A stretch of DNA of 63,496 nt, counting the filler, from Klebsormidium nitens (Eukaryota > Plantae > Klebsormidiophyceae), in NCBI GenBank assembly GCA_000708835.1. It is 4 parts of 4 records of this genome, joined end to end, with 100 filler letters (N's around TTAATTAATTAA, not from the genome) between each part and the next. Parts side by side here need not be neighbours in the genome. Positions count along the whole stretch, not along the records: positions 1 to 29,948 come from DF237777.1; positions 30,049 to 46,184 come from DF237994.1; 2 more parts are not named here. One strand, given 5' to 3'. The notes beneath the pieces are model-generated. The model was given only the letters and a program-made list of their open reading frames with translations. It searched no databases and was not told where the DNA came from. Below, in pieces: positions 20,401-32,033 of the stretch (positions are counted from its first letter, which is position 1; the number at the start of each line of letters is the position of its first letter). The position numbers and the translations under genes were made by a program.

Positions 20401-22094
20401 CCGCACGGCGCCCAAGGATTGCAAGGTCTGGGGCCGCAAAAGTGTTGGACCTGGTCCCGTTGCCTGACCCCTTCCTCTCCCCAGCGCTCGCAGAGGCTGG
20501 TGACAGCCACCCCCCCTTGGCTCATGACCGTGTTGACCTTCTTGTGGCTGTGGCCCATATCGAGAGCAGCAGCAGAAGAGCACTCCCACAGCTCGAGGGT
20601 AGCTTGATGCGTGCACGCGCCCTTGAAATCAGGCCGTCGGCACACAGGGTGGTTGCAGACCAGGAGCTTCCTCGCTCCCGCCTCTCGTTGCTCCTGCCTC
20701 TCTGCTCGCCTCTTGGTGAGAGTCGGGCCCTTCCCATTGTGTGCACCATCTGCAACGGGGCCCTCAAGTCCAGACGTTGCCAACTCTGAGAGCACCCTCG
20801 AGAGGTGTCGGCACCGGTCCGCACCATTGCAGTCCACGTGGCTACAGTGCGTACTCTTGCCCCCCAGCACGCAAAGTACAGGCTGCTCTCCCCGATCACA
20901 CACGACAAAGACGCGAAGTTGTGGACCGCCACCCCACGCCTCTGCGTCTAGTCCGTAGAGAGGCGTCCCAACACGCCCCCATTGATCTAACGGCAACACC
21001 CACTGCACGCCTCCTCTTGTGACTTCGTGCACAAAGGACCGACTTTCGTTGAAGGAGGTGAAGTTGGCAAGCCCTCCTTGCCACCAGCCGTTCAACAAAC
21101 GAGTCTCTTCGAGGAAGCTCGTCTCATGATCTCTGCACGCCCTCTGCCCGCACACGCACGCAGTTTTCCCCGTATGGTCGATCTTAACGAGCCGCGGCAC
21201 GTTCACGAGCCCCTTGTCTGTCATTGAAACGTCCAAAAGGCGCCCGTCTGAGGCCAACTGTGGTACCAAGAAGAGGCCAGGGGCAATGGCCATTGGTGGA
21301 ATCTTGCTTCGAGCGAGCTCCGCCAGGATGGCCATCCGCCCAAGCTCCAATGGCGCCGGCCCTTCTTCGAGCCCCCTCTTAATTCCACGCTTAGAAGTTG
21401 CCTTCGGCTCGGTGCAATACGTGCAAGGCGCGAGGTCTCTTCGTTGGACGAAGAAGTGGTGCCCACCCTCTGTAGCCGCCTCCCCTGATCGTGCCTGGCG
21501 CAGGTCATTCCTCTCAGGAAAGACCTCGAATTTCGCGAACAGGTCCCGTTGAGGGATGGCGCATCCCGTCTTCTTCGATACAAAGGGCCGTCCTCCGACG
21601 TACTCGGCCTCAACACAACGGATGCACAAGAGATGCCCCCCAGCGCCAGGGCAGATGACCGCCCCACCTCGGTTGCGCTTCCGCTCCCAAATGAAAGGCT
21701 CTTGACCTCGGGCATAGATCGGGTTCTTCCCAAGGCACGTGCTCCCCATGCAGGCAGTGCCGAACCCGTTCCGAGCAAAGGCCTCCGTTTGACGCAGTTG
21801 AAAGGCGAGCCCATAGTCAAAGACGAACTCATCGAGCCCCTGCTGAGCAGCATATGAGGCCCGCCCCCCGCGCACGCCGCCAGCATTTGGTGGAGGTGGG
21901 ACGGCTGCTGGGACGCTCTTGATGTCCGAAAAGGTTGGGGATGGGCCTTCAAAGTGGACAGCAGCGTAGCTCCGCACCGCTTGCCCGGCTGTTAGAGAGG
22001 CGTGTAGAGCGACCGAGGCGGCTGGAGTGGTCGAAGCGAGCAGCACGGTGCTAGCTAGCTCCAGAGGGTCTTGAGTTGATGAAAGAGGCTCCAT
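17417..22094 (-). pseudogene. KDZ (Kyakuja-Dileera-Zisupton) transposase with Cys-rich/SWIM-like and CxC domains; one frameshift and one in-frame stop
   Basis: Exon 22094-20262 ends YDGQ|gtgagt and splices in frame to EDGIFNF at 19499. Catalytic region: ITFDGT, GVFIACC..R..G, GESVSDL..VLLTRF, EDAACN, VDRFH, HTCS, SEGINS. Frameshift near 19125; TAG at 18238-18236 is in frame with the downstream ORF. Confidence 0.85.
19592..20164 (+). CDS. F-box-like + XPA-like Zn-finger/DNA-binding protein, nested antisense in the KDZ intron
   Basis: N-terminal VLNII...LDIEDLSNAACTC (F-box-like), then CTIC...VCRDC and LTTMEARRKYRVRDL...RFYL, as in the XPA core. Intronless and wholly inside intron 19500-20261. 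Confidence 0.55.
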   Translation: MDTNAHLGLVLNIIGENGKLDIEDLSNAACTCTDARDYVESRLHEYPQSTRAPLPGPHPCGEVLPMQKCTICKQSDFCFHWPFPHLLGVAVCRDCIARKYGVLGCLTTMEARRKYRVRDLSRLPWVPTPEPPYKARFYLKSSIVLRALQEKNESRDLRKARGASSKRAMARSKMKEACEAFTPPDDLHRL

Positions 22095-22206
22095 CCTGTT
22101 GACGGGAGGACAAATTGTTAGTTTGAGCCTCTTTTCGTTCTCCTAAGTCTCAAAGCACCATCGCCCTTCGATGCATCGTGCTGCAAAGTACCCTGATTGT
22201 ACCAAC

Positions 22207-22524
22207 TTTTCTGAGGTGTTGTAGTTCACCGCGCTGTACCAAGAAAGTGCGTATTGTATCTTAAAAAAGAATTGGAAGAAGCTTGGTACACCACTGCAAG
22301 GTCGGCCATTCCACAGAGTTTCTGAGATGTTGTACTTCATTGCGCTGTACTAAGGAAGTGCCAATTCTATCTTTATAAAGAATTGGAAGAAGCTTGGTAC
22401 ACCACTGCTTGTGTGGCCAGGTCGGCCATTCCACGGAGTTTCCTGAGATATTGTAGTTCATCGCGCTGTACCACGATTTGGCCTTCTATATCTTTAAAAG
22501 AATGACATTGAATCTTGGTACATC
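22207..22524 (+). repeat. Diverged copies (~111-121 bp units) of the 127-bp palindromic repeat family
   Basis: (g/a)ttgta(g/c)ttca at 22218, 22329 and 22450; tgtaccaag...cttggtaca inverted repeat; ctgcaaggtcggccat shared with the 8.9-kb array. Runs into a gap. Confidence 0.85.
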
Positions 22525-22622
22525 ANNNNNNNNNNNNNNNNNNNNNNNNNNNNNNNNNNNNNNNNNNNNNNNNNNNNNNNNNNNNNNNNNNNNNNNNNNN
22601 NNNNNNNNNNNNNNNNNNNNNN
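22525..22622. other. Assembly gap
   Basis: Run of N. Confidence 0.99.
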
Positions 22623-22969
22623 GATTACAACCGGGCACTCGGCGGTGTGCTCGGTGCTGTTGAGCCGAAATCGCGGATCGACGGCGCTCGGAGAAACCCT
22701 GCCTATCGGACGGCCGAGAAAGTTGGGTGGAAATGTAGCCTCGCGCCGCCCCGTACGTAAGGTACGCCCTTGCATGTGCTGCCCCTGTCGGGGTTTATGA
22801 TACGAAGTGTCCGCACCGGCGGCCGCAAGTCCCGCGCGCGGCCGCGCTCGAGGGGATCCGCGGCCGCCCACCGCGTTACCGCCCTGCTTGGCCGCGCGAT
22901 TGACCACGGCGCCGGCGCGCCCAAATTAAGTCGGAGGAATGCAGCCGCTTATGAAATGAAAACGGGCGG

Positions 22970-23250
22970 CCACGTCCAGAGCTCTTTCTGGCGACGTGAA
23001 TCTGATCATCCTGCGCAAGCTAGCGCTGCAAGACTCTAGCTTCCTCTATAGTGAGTAACTTCTGCTTGCAAGTTCTTCAGTCAGAAGGCGGAAAAGCGGA
23101 GGGAAGCCCTAGCGTATGAAAGGAAGCGTTCTCTGGTAGAGCGGTGATAGCCTGGGCTCCGTGAGCACAGCAACGACGAGCGCACTGAGGCGTATTTCAG
23201 CTCCTCTAGTTGACAAATGTATAAGCGCTTGATCAAGGTGCGGTGGGAAG
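22970..23250 (+). pseudogene. F-box pseudogene
   Basis: ALSGDVNLIILRKLALQD and YKRLIKVRW are readable but have lost the start codon and are interrupted by stops. Confidence 0.7.
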
Positions 23251-24945
23251 GTTGCAGTCATTGAAAACCTGAACAATCCCAAGCACGCGAAAGTAAGTGC
23301 TCGCCAAATACGATGCTCTCAGCTTTACGAGTCCGTCAACCTTGAAAGCAATAGAAAGGCTGGTCATTATGAAAGACGGAGGGAAATTGATTCTGTGGGG
23401 CCTATAGAGTCTTGATTCGTGAGCAAATGCCGCCCTGCCATCTGCATAAGCTGGGCGATTTGCAGGCCGTTGGGGATCAGCTTATCCTACTTTGTCGACT
23501 TGATTCTGAGCACACCTCTGCTTGAGCAGTCCTTCAGATAAAGGGCGGTCGATCTTCGCAAATGTTGTTAAGGGCGGTCGCATCGTGCGGCATCCGTTCT
23601 TTGGAATTCTACGACTTCGTGCAGACATGGTCGAAGCGAAGAGTTCACTCGTCACAGAAGCTGATCAGCTCGGTCTTAACTGGAAATGCCATTCAGTTTA
23701 GAGAAGCAATGCGGATTAATTTCATACAGGGAGCTTTCAAAATTCTACCAGGATGGAACACGTCTATATTTCTTTCGGTAACGATAAGACAGGGTACGAC
23801 GGATCCGATGATCTCTAGCTGCCACGAGGTGGGCACGGATTGGTTCTGGCGCTATTCCAAAACCAATCCGTTGCACCGTTTTATCAAGAGAGATACTATA
23901 CACAGGCGAGAGTCATGCGAGCCCGGCTTCGTTTGTGCTGGAATCGAGACCAGTCTTTGTCTTTGTATTCAAGATCTGCGTACTTTTACTAAAGAGCCAA
24001 TAACCAATAAGCAGATTGTTGAATCAAGCGCACGTGCTGCGTGACTGTCTCTGCTCTCACCAGTTAGCTTGCTGTCCGTACATACAGAGAAGGCTGCTTA
24101 CACGATAAGACGACGATACCGTACCGTATGCACTCGTTACACGTGCGCTTATCCTTTTTTGGTGGGCTCGTGCTAAGTCCACGTTTGTAACGCCCGGCCG
24201 GCTTTCTCTTTTCACATGGTTCGTGAAAGCTGGTCAAAGACAAGGGTTTTGGGTATTGTATGACTGGGCTGCTAATCCACGAAGTTGCAGCAAGGTTGGT
24301 ACGCATATGATGAAAACCGCTGGCCAGGTCTCGGGCGTGCATAGCCCCGAGTGCTTGGCCGCATGGCAGTCATGATGTATGTGTTTGGTCCAGCATGTGA
24401 ATTTTAAAGCTGTAGGTAAGTAAGCCACGAGAAAGCTTCGAACATGAAGCGCATATTTCGCATTGGCTCTTGCTTACTTCATGGTGATAAGAGTTTTGTT
24501 GTGAGACGAAGCACGAACAGTCTGCAAAGACAGACTGAGCAGAAATTCTATAATGATACAGCCCGATCAACAGTGAAGAGCCCACTGGCTTCCCTCATTG
24601 CAAAGGCGTCTTAGATGAGTTTGAATTTGTTAAGAGAGGGTGTAGTAGGTTGAGCAATTCTTACGTAGTTGACGAATTGTCAGCCCAATTGTTCCGCGGT
24701 GCAATCGACGGGATCTGATCTTCCGGTTTTAAGTTCATGACACACCGTGCTCATTTGTTTCTTACATACATGGAGTACTAGCAAGGGGCTGGGCGTTGAG
24801 CTGATACTAGTCAGAACACGAACCAAATGTAGGAAAGTTGAGCCGAAGCAGCTTTGTCTTCTGGGCAATCGACGTGTCATTCAATGCTATCCCTGCCCTG
24901 TAAAGCTGTGTAGCATGACTGCTTACTGGATTGCGCGTTCCTTCT

Positions 24946-25824
24946 TTATTTTCCATTCCAACAGATCCTCCAGTTGGGCTTTCTCTCCCCCTCATTATTC
25001 AGATAGTATTGCACGTCACAGGGGGAGTTCCCCTTAAGCGGTTTGGGATGTGAACACAGAAAGCCCCGCAAAGCATACCATGGACCGCTTCCGCCGATCA
25101 CCCAAGTCTTCTTCGGACGAAGAGTTTCCCAGCAAGCAGGATCTCTCAAAGCGAGTGACTTTGTGATTTCACAGGGTGGAATTGTGTAGAGTTCTACAGA
25201 CAGGGGCCCCGGCGGCTCACTTTCGACACCCAATCGGATTAAGTTGCCAGCAACAGAGGCGGTGCAAGTCTGGCTCACTTCTTCCAGTGACTTCACAGGG
25301 TACACAGGCTGGAGCGAAACGTCCACATATCTGTAAAACGCTGAGCTAGAACTTCCAACGTTGTCTGCTATTTTGTGTTCCGGATAGATGCCCCACATCC
25401 AAAGGCTTCCCCGTACGCGAACGAGGATCAAGATCGTCCCCCCAGAGAAAAGCCGCGCCCGAAAGCAGCATGCAGCGCAAAATCCATCTTCTACTGTCGA
25501 GACTTCCACCCCTTGACTTTGTTCAGCATGGTTGATCTTCTTTGCCGCACAGAATCGAGCGGTCAACAGTCGTTTGTACCCACCCAAAGCTTCCACCTTT
25601 GCACCCAGATTCACATCCTCCTGAAAATTCTGAATCTCAGACTGACAACTGTCTTGCACGGCCGTCGGTGAGCCACAAAAAGCTTCCTTCCAGACGTCTG
25701 GATTTTCTGCTGCCGCGCGGTACAGGGGCGCCAAAGCACACGTGCTTCGCACCAACGAGAGGGGTTCCTGAGCAGCCAGCTTGCGGAGGATGATTGAGAG
25801 CAAGTCGTCCGGAAGGCGCTCCAT
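24946..25824 (-). CDS. F-box protein (LAAQDP-type expanded family)
   Basis: MERLPDDLLSIILRKLAAQEPLSLVRSTC...WKEAF...GGYKRLL; intronless. Confidence 0.85.
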   Translation of the reverse strand: MERLPDDLLSIILRKLAAQEPLSLVRSTCALAPLYRAAAENPDVWKEAFCGSPTAVQDSCQSEIQNFQEDVNLGAKVEALGGYKRLLTARFCAAKKINHAEQSQGVEVSTVEDGFCAACCFRARLFSGGTILILVRVRGSLWMWGIYPEHKIADNVGSSSSAFYRYVDVSLQPVYPVKSLEEVSQTCTASVAGNLIRLGVESEPPGPLSVELYTIPPCEITKSLALRDPACWETLRPKKTWVIGGSGPWYALRGFLCSHPKPLKGNSPCDVQYYLNNEGERKPNWRICWNGK

Positions 25825-26188
25825 GCCTCCGTTTAACTGTACTGCCAAGATGAACTCCGCCCACTAGCTGGGCTGAAAGCCGAGTCCGGTTGGAACGCCG
25901 CCGGTTGGAACGCCGCGGCTCAGCGGCCGCGCGTCACTCGAATTTCCTCCGGGGTACGTCACGTCTCGGCAGCGCCGCGCCTGCCCCGGTCGGGGTTTAA
26001 TAATCAAAGTGCAGTGTCCGCACAGTCACGCGCGCGGTTGGGTCCGCGCTCGAGGAGATCCGCAGCTGCGTTATATACCGCCCGGCTTGGCCGCCCAATC
26101 GTCCACGGCGGCGCGCGCGGCGGTCCGTGCGGCAGCGCGCCTAAATATGAAAGGCATGCAGCCGCGTTCGAAATGAAAGCGGGCGGCC

Positions 26189-26450
26189 ATGGAAGCTCTT
26201 TCTGGCGACGTGAATCTGATGATCCTGCGCACGCGCTGCAAGACTCTTCAATCCTCTCTATTGCGGGCAATTTGTACCTGCCAATTGCTTCATTTGAAGG
26301 CCGAAGAAAGCCCCGGCGTCTGAAAGGAAGCGTTCTTTGATTCTTCGGTACAGCGGAGGCCTAGGTGAGCACAGCAACGACAAGCGCACTAACGTGCGCT
26401 TCAGCTCTTTTAGTTGATGTAAGCGCCTGCTCGAGGCGCGGTGGGAAGAT
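26189..26450 (+). pseudogene. F-box pseudogene (duplicate of the 22970 copy)
   Basis: MEALSGDVNLMILR followed by a frameshift; CKRLLEARW downstream. Confidence 0.7.
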
Positions 26451-28046
26451 TGCATAAGTTCTTTGAAAAACTGACTTAATCCCAGGAACGCGAAGCGCTC
26501 GCCAAATGAGGTGCTCTCAGCTTTTAACGATTCCGTAAACTTTGGAAGCGGTAGAAAGGCTGATCTCTCTGAGAGACGGAGCAAAATTTCTTTTGTGGAG
26601 CCTATTCTTAACTCGTGAGCAGGCCGCCCTGCATGATTCGCTGGGCGATTTTGCCGGCCGTCGGGCCCAGATCCTACTTCGTTGACTTGCTTATGAGCAC
26701 AACGGTCTCGGCTTGAGCAAGTTATTTCGAGATCAGGGCGTTCGATCTTTGCAAAATTTGTTGAGGGCGGACGCGTTTCTTCTGAATTCTACGACCTCGC
26801 GCAGACATGGTCGAAGCCAAGAATTCACTCGTCACTAAAGCTGGGTCTTGATTGGACGTGCCCTTTACCTTTCAGAGGCGTTGCGGATCATTTCATAAGG
26901 TTCTTTTAAGATTCTACGAGGATGGAACACCTCTATAGTACCTCCGGTAACGAGAAAACAGGGTACAAAGGATCCGATGATCTCTATCTGCCACGAACAG
27001 TGTACAATGCACCGCTGGTACTAACCGGAATGAAATGGATGTGCTGCACCACTTTCAGTGACGGAGAGACTTGGTATAGGCGAGAATTATGTGAGCCCGG
27101 CTTCGGTAGTTCAGGACTCGAGACCAGACGTCTTTGCCATTGGATTCCAGATCTGCGTACTTCTCCTAAAGAGAAACTAGTAGAATAAAGAAGTTGTGGA
27201 ATCAGTTAGGCGCGTGCTGCGTGTCTGTCTCTGCTCTCACTGGTTGAGCCTGCTGTCCCTACGGACAGAGAAGGCTGGAGACATGCCAAAACCACGATAA
27301 CGTTCTGCACTTGTTACCATGCGCTTATCGTATTTTGTTGGGCTCGTATCAAACCACGCCAGTAACCCAGTAACTTGAAGGTCCGGCCAGCTTTATCTTC
27401 TCCCATGGATCGTAGAACCTGAAAGACAAGGGATCTTGTATGGCTGGGCTTAGAAAGTCTATTATTCGAAGCGCATTTTGCTGGCCGGTCAGGTCACGGG
27501 CGTGCTCCTCTACGTGCTCGGCCGCATGGCTATCGTTATATATGTGAGATTCTGGCGCTGAAGGTACGTAAGCAACGGAGCAGGTTTAGACATGATGCGC
27601 ATATTTTGAATTGCCTCTTGCCATTTCGTGAAACGAAGTACGAACAGTCTGACGATTCTGCATGGAAAGTCCGAACACATTGAAATGCTAGTATCATAAT
27701 GCCGTCAGGTTACGGCCATCGCCATCTCTGATTGCGCAGGCGTCTTACAGAGCTCGCGTTTTAAGAAGAGTGGATTAGGCTAAGCAAGTCTTACATGGTT
27801 GTAGCAATGTCAGCCCACTTGTAATAGGTGACATCGACGAGATATCATCTTGCGGTATAAGTTCATGACATACCTCACTCACGTGTTTCTTTCGCGAGGG
27901 GTTGGGCGGGTGAGCGGAGAGCTTCAAGAAGGCAAACTAAAAGTAGTAGGAAAATTGAATCAAAGCATCTTTTGACTTCTGGGCAATCGACGTCCCTTAA
28001 TGCTTCCCTAGCTCTGCAAACAACGCTGTAGAGCATGACGCCTTGC

Positions 28047-28967
28047 TTACTGGACGGCGATTCGATCTCGAATGTCCCAGTCCCAACTGATTTCCCAGTT
28101 GGCATGACGTCTCCATCCCAGATATCTGAGATACGAGTTCACGTTAACAAGTGAGCTCTCCTCATGCGGTTTCGATTGTGAACACAGAAAGCCCCGCAAA
28201 GGATACCATGAGCCTACATCGTCGACCGCCCCAGATTTCTTCCGATGGAGAATCGCGCAGCAGGCACAACCAGCAGCTTTTTTCAAAGCAGGTGCATCTA
28301 TTTCAAAGGGTGGAAGTGTGTAGAGTTCTACAGACAGGGGCCCCGGCTCCTCATTTTCGACACTGACTCGGCCGATTTTACCAGCTACATGGGCGGTATG
28401 AGTCTGGCTTAACTCTTCCAGCATTGCATGGGAACTATAACATCCGGGGTAAACCAGCTGAAGCGAAGCGTCCACGTATCGGTGAAACTCTGTGCTCCTG
28501 TGTGCAACACTGTCTGCAAGTTTGATGCCCCACATCCGAATGCTACCCCGTAAGCGAACAATGATCAGGATCATCCCCCCAGAGATTAGCCGCGCCCGAA
28601 AGCAGCATGCAGAGCAAGACCCATCCTCTAATTTAGAGCCTTCCGCCTCTTGGCTTTGTTCAGCAAGGTTAATTCTTTCCGCTGCACGGCATCGAGCCGT
28701 CAATAGTTGTTTGTAACCACCCAGAGCTTCCACCTTTGCATCCAAGTTCACACCTTCCTCTGAGTTGTGAATCCCAGACTGACAACTGCCTTGCACAGCC
28801 TTCTCTGAGCCACACTGGCAGAACGCTTCCTTCCAAACGTCTGGATTTTCGGCCGCGGCGCGGTAGAAGGACGACAAAGCACACGTGCTTCGGACTAGAG
28901 ACAAGGGGTCCAGAGCAGCCAGCTTGCGGAGAATGACCAAGATCAGGTCGTTTGGAAGGCGCTCCAT
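28047..28967 (-). CDS. F-box protein (paralog of 24946-25824)
   Basis: MERLPNDLILVILRKLAALDPLSLVRSTC; collinear similarity along the whole ORF. Confidence 0.85.
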   Translation of the reverse strand: MERLPNDLILVILRKLAALDPLSLVRSTCALSSFYRAAAENPDVWKEAFCQCGSEKAVQGSCQSGIHNSEEGVNLDAKVEALGGYKQLLTARCRAAERINLAEQSQEAEGSKLEDGSCSACCFRARLISGGMILIIVRLRGSIRMWGIKLADSVAHRSTEFHRYVDASLQLVYPGCYSSHAMLEELSQTHTAHVAGKIGRVSVENEEPGPLSVELYTLPPFEIDAPALKKAAGCACCAILHRKKSGAVDDVGSWYPLRGFLCSQSKPHEESSLVNVNSYLRYLGWRRHANWEISWDWDIRDRIAVQ

Positions 28968-29364
28968 TTTCTACGCTAAGAACGTCCGCAGAACAGTAGA
29001 TCGAGACGGCTAACCAACACTGATCTGAAGGTGATACTCAGCGCGGCCGCGGGTCCAATCTGGCGCGGCTGCCCGTCTATTCAACGGGCGTGGCCGCGGG
29101 TCCACAGGCGCAGCCGCGGCTGCTTTGGTCCGCGGCCGCCAGAGCGCCCTCCTTACCAATCGGCAGGCGGCGCGCGGCGTGCGCGGGGTTTTGCCCAGGC
29201 GCATCTGCCGCCCACTAGAAGACGAGAGCGGACGCATGACGTCCACCAAACCCCACATCGCTTCGCGGCCGCGGACGCGCTTCGAAGGGCGCGCCATTCA
29301 GCGACGTCGTCTGAAGTGCGCCCTGCAAAAGTGCGGAGAGATTCGAGCTGAAGCAAAGCGCGAC

Positions 29365-29948
29365 ATGGAAAATCTACCAGGTGAACTCGTGCGGGTCGTT
29401 CTGTCGAAGCTGGCAGCGCAGGACCCTCCGTCATTGATGCGGGCCACGTGCGCCTGCAAAGCCTTCCACAGGCAGGTGAAGGAAATTCCTAAACTTTGGA
29501 AGGATGCACTCTTTGGCAGGGACTCGGATTATGGAGATCACTGCAGAGACGAGAGCCTTGAGACTGAAATTTCCTTGTTGGGTGGGTACAAGCGGCTAGT
29601 AAAAGCTCGGTGGGGGATACCAATGTCTTTAGATTCTGAACAAAGTCAGGAATTGCATTCCACGTGTGGATCGGAATCATTCACGTTTTCACATCGTGAA
29701 GATATTCACATCAAATACCTTGTCTTGATGAGGGAGCAAAACAGGCTCATCTTGTGGGGCTTCTTAAAGCATACGCCATCAGCGAACGCGGATCTCGGCG
29801 ATCTGACCCTCAAGTTTGTGATTTTTAGTGCTCCTAATCCTGGGGACCTTGACTTTGATCTGGTTACCTCGCGCCTAGAGCCGCTTTCTTCTAGTGCTCT
29901 CACGAGTTCCGACGAACTTGAAGTGCTGGAAGTGCAGACCAGAATTGC
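29365..29948 (+). CDS. F-box protein, 3'-truncated by gap
   Basis: MENLPGELVRVVLSKLAAQDPPSLMRATCACKAF...LWKDALF...GGYKRLVKARW. Confidence 0.85.
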
Positions 29949-30048
29949 NNNNNNNNNNNNNNNNNNNNNNNNNNNNNNNNNNNNNNNNNNNNTTAATTAA
30001 TTAANNNNNNNNNNNNNNNNNNNNNNNNNNNNNNNNNNNNNNNNNNNN
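29949..30048. other. Assembly gap with artificial TTAATTAATTAA spacer
   Basis: The same N-flanked spacer occurs at 46229 and 54466. Confidence 0.97.
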
Positions 30049-30877
30049 AGGCAGCGTGTGACCCTGTCCAACCGTCACAATCAACTTCTCTAGCTATCTT
30101 CTCTCGCAAAAACAGCCTGCCAGCCACACTCTTCTGAGCACAACATCACCAGCTTCCTTTGGGCCATCTTGTGGAGCGGGACCTCTGGAGCTCTCCGACG
30201 CGCTCTCTAAGATCCTTTTTCCACCAGCAAGCAGCCCGCCAGCTCGTGCTTTCACTTCAAGCAGCCGCCGACTGTGCATCAATTCAATCAATCAACCTGC
30301 AACCAACCAAGCTGTTGATTGAGCTCCAGCGCTGTTTGCCAGTGCCAGAAGCATGTGCTGCGATCAACCAGCTTCATGTTGAATTTTTGCCGGAAAGGAT
30401 CAGTAGATAATGGTTGGTGGTGCTCAAATTCAGAGGGTGCCATCATGTGTTTCTTATAGAAGTCAACTGCCACAGTGGGTCGAGTGTGTCTCCACCAGTG
30501 CAGATCGCGTGAGTCAGCTCAAATTTAGCTGCTTTTTTGCAAGGTTTTGCAAGCGCATGTGACTTGCCCAGCTGACCTGCCAAAAGGTGAGCTGAAAGGA
30601 GCTTCAGAAGGTCTCTCTAGATAAGCGTGATTGGATACCTGGTGAACTCGAGTCGTCTAGATGTTGGATTCATAGGGCAGCAATTCCCTCGAGCTACCAT
30701 TGACTCTAGTCCATATTTGGTGCAGCATCCGTATGTAGTTGCCACCCAAAGGAGTCACTTGTGTACTAGAGTTTATCTTAGTCAAGGCTCTGGGCTTTTG
30801 GTTGTAGTCGATGAGGTCACGTGTTTGACGATCTATCCCTGGTGCGTTTTTGACAGATGGAGACCCTATCTGATAAA

Positions 30878-31878
30878 GATGCAGCCATTTGAGCCGAGCT
30901 TAAAGAAAAAGAAGTGGCGTCGCAGGAAGAAGTGAAGCCCCCCTATGGCAGCCAGACGAATGACAAGGTTCTTCTTCGAGTTCGTCCTCTAAATTCAACT
31001 GAATGCGTCAATATATGACCGTTTGTCTCAGTTAACTTGATCAGAGACATTACTGCAGGCCTGGTTTAGTCTGCTGTTGGCATAGTCGGATCTACATCAT
31101 ACTTGGTAATCATCATCCCAACCTGTCCATCAAGACAAATTCCTGGTCAAGTCTCTCTCTCATAGACAGCATGATGACTTTGCCGAGTGAACATTCAAGC
31201 CAGGTTGACTGCCCCGCTCTTGTTGTTCTGCGCAGGAAAGCGTCCTTCCCATCCAACACGAGCGGGGCACAAAGCGCAAACACATTGAAGCGGAGGGCGT
31301 CGATGGGTCAACAAAAGAACCACAAGGAAGTCTCCGCGAGCCTCGAACGGTCGATGGGGCTGGGTCTAGAGAAGCATCAGTAAGATTGCAAGCCCTACCT
31401 GCTAAGTGAAACTTTCCGCCTCAGTGGCTTGTGCTTGATAGAACCTGTTGTCACTCAAAGCCAGCCAGACGACAGCAGTGCTGTCCGTCAAGCGAAGCCT
31501 TCAAACACAGATTCCTCTTCATGGACAGTGCAGACAGCGTAGACAGAGCTTATTGAACTTCTCGTGCAAAAGAAGATTTTCTCTTTTCTTTGGACTGCCG
31601 GCTGCCGTGTCCCCCGCGCTGACAGCATGTCTGTCCGTCAAGCGAAGCCTTCAAAAACAGATTCCTCTTCATGGACAGTGCAGACAACATAGACAGAGCT
31701 TTTCACTGATCCTGATATTATTTGTCTTTTTTGCAGGGTACGGGTGAGCCCGCGCGGCCATCCGCACCTGAGGAGGACTGTAAAAACGAGCCTTCCGAAG
31801 AGGAAGGGAAGGACCCTTGCTCGGACTCGAGCAACGCGCGCCTTGAAATGAAAGGAGAGCTCAGAGCATACCCAATGG
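30878..31878 (+). CDS. Fragments of a hypothetical multi-exon low-complexity gene
   Basis: Exon-like segments with CAG acceptors and GT donors near 31235-31380 and 31738-31878. No domain recognised. Confidence 0.3.
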
Positions 31879-32033
31879 TGAGTCGTTCAACGGTTCCGGA
31901 AGGCTTACTTGACAAGCTCAACAATCCAGGAACGTTGATTTGAACCTGTCAACACTGATGTCTGGCGTTTTTCTATACACAAGAATTGGAAAAGCTCTGT
32001 CTTTACTGTCCACACTGTCCATCAAGGAAAATC
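31471..32033. repeat. ~80-bp direct repeat (31471-31551, 31621-31701) plus a diverged inverted copy (31992-32033)
   Basis: ctgtccgtcaagcgaagccttcaaa.acagattcctcttcatggacagtgcagaca occurs twice; aagctctgtct...ctgtcc..actgtccat...gaa.atc matches its reverse complement. Confidence 0.75.

Larger units (their letters stand above)
22760..28980. repeat. ~3.1-3.2 kb tandem segmental duplication (about 22760-25860 and 25960-28980)
   Basis: Collinear anchors: gcagacatggtcgaagc at 23621/26801; cgtgctgcgtg.ctgtctctgctctcac at ~24033/~27213; ggcaatcgacgt at ~24863/~27983; paralogous F-box ORFs. Confidence 0.9.

Noticed and set aside
9673-21952. Long antisense ORFs such as 9673-10383, 18224-18919 and 21221-21952
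   Set aside because: They are shadows of GC-rich coding sequence on the opposite strand or frame and have no motifs.
29993-30004. TTAATTAATTAA palindrome recurring three times
   Set aside because: It is always embedded in N runs, so it is an assembly spacer that puts stops in all frames.
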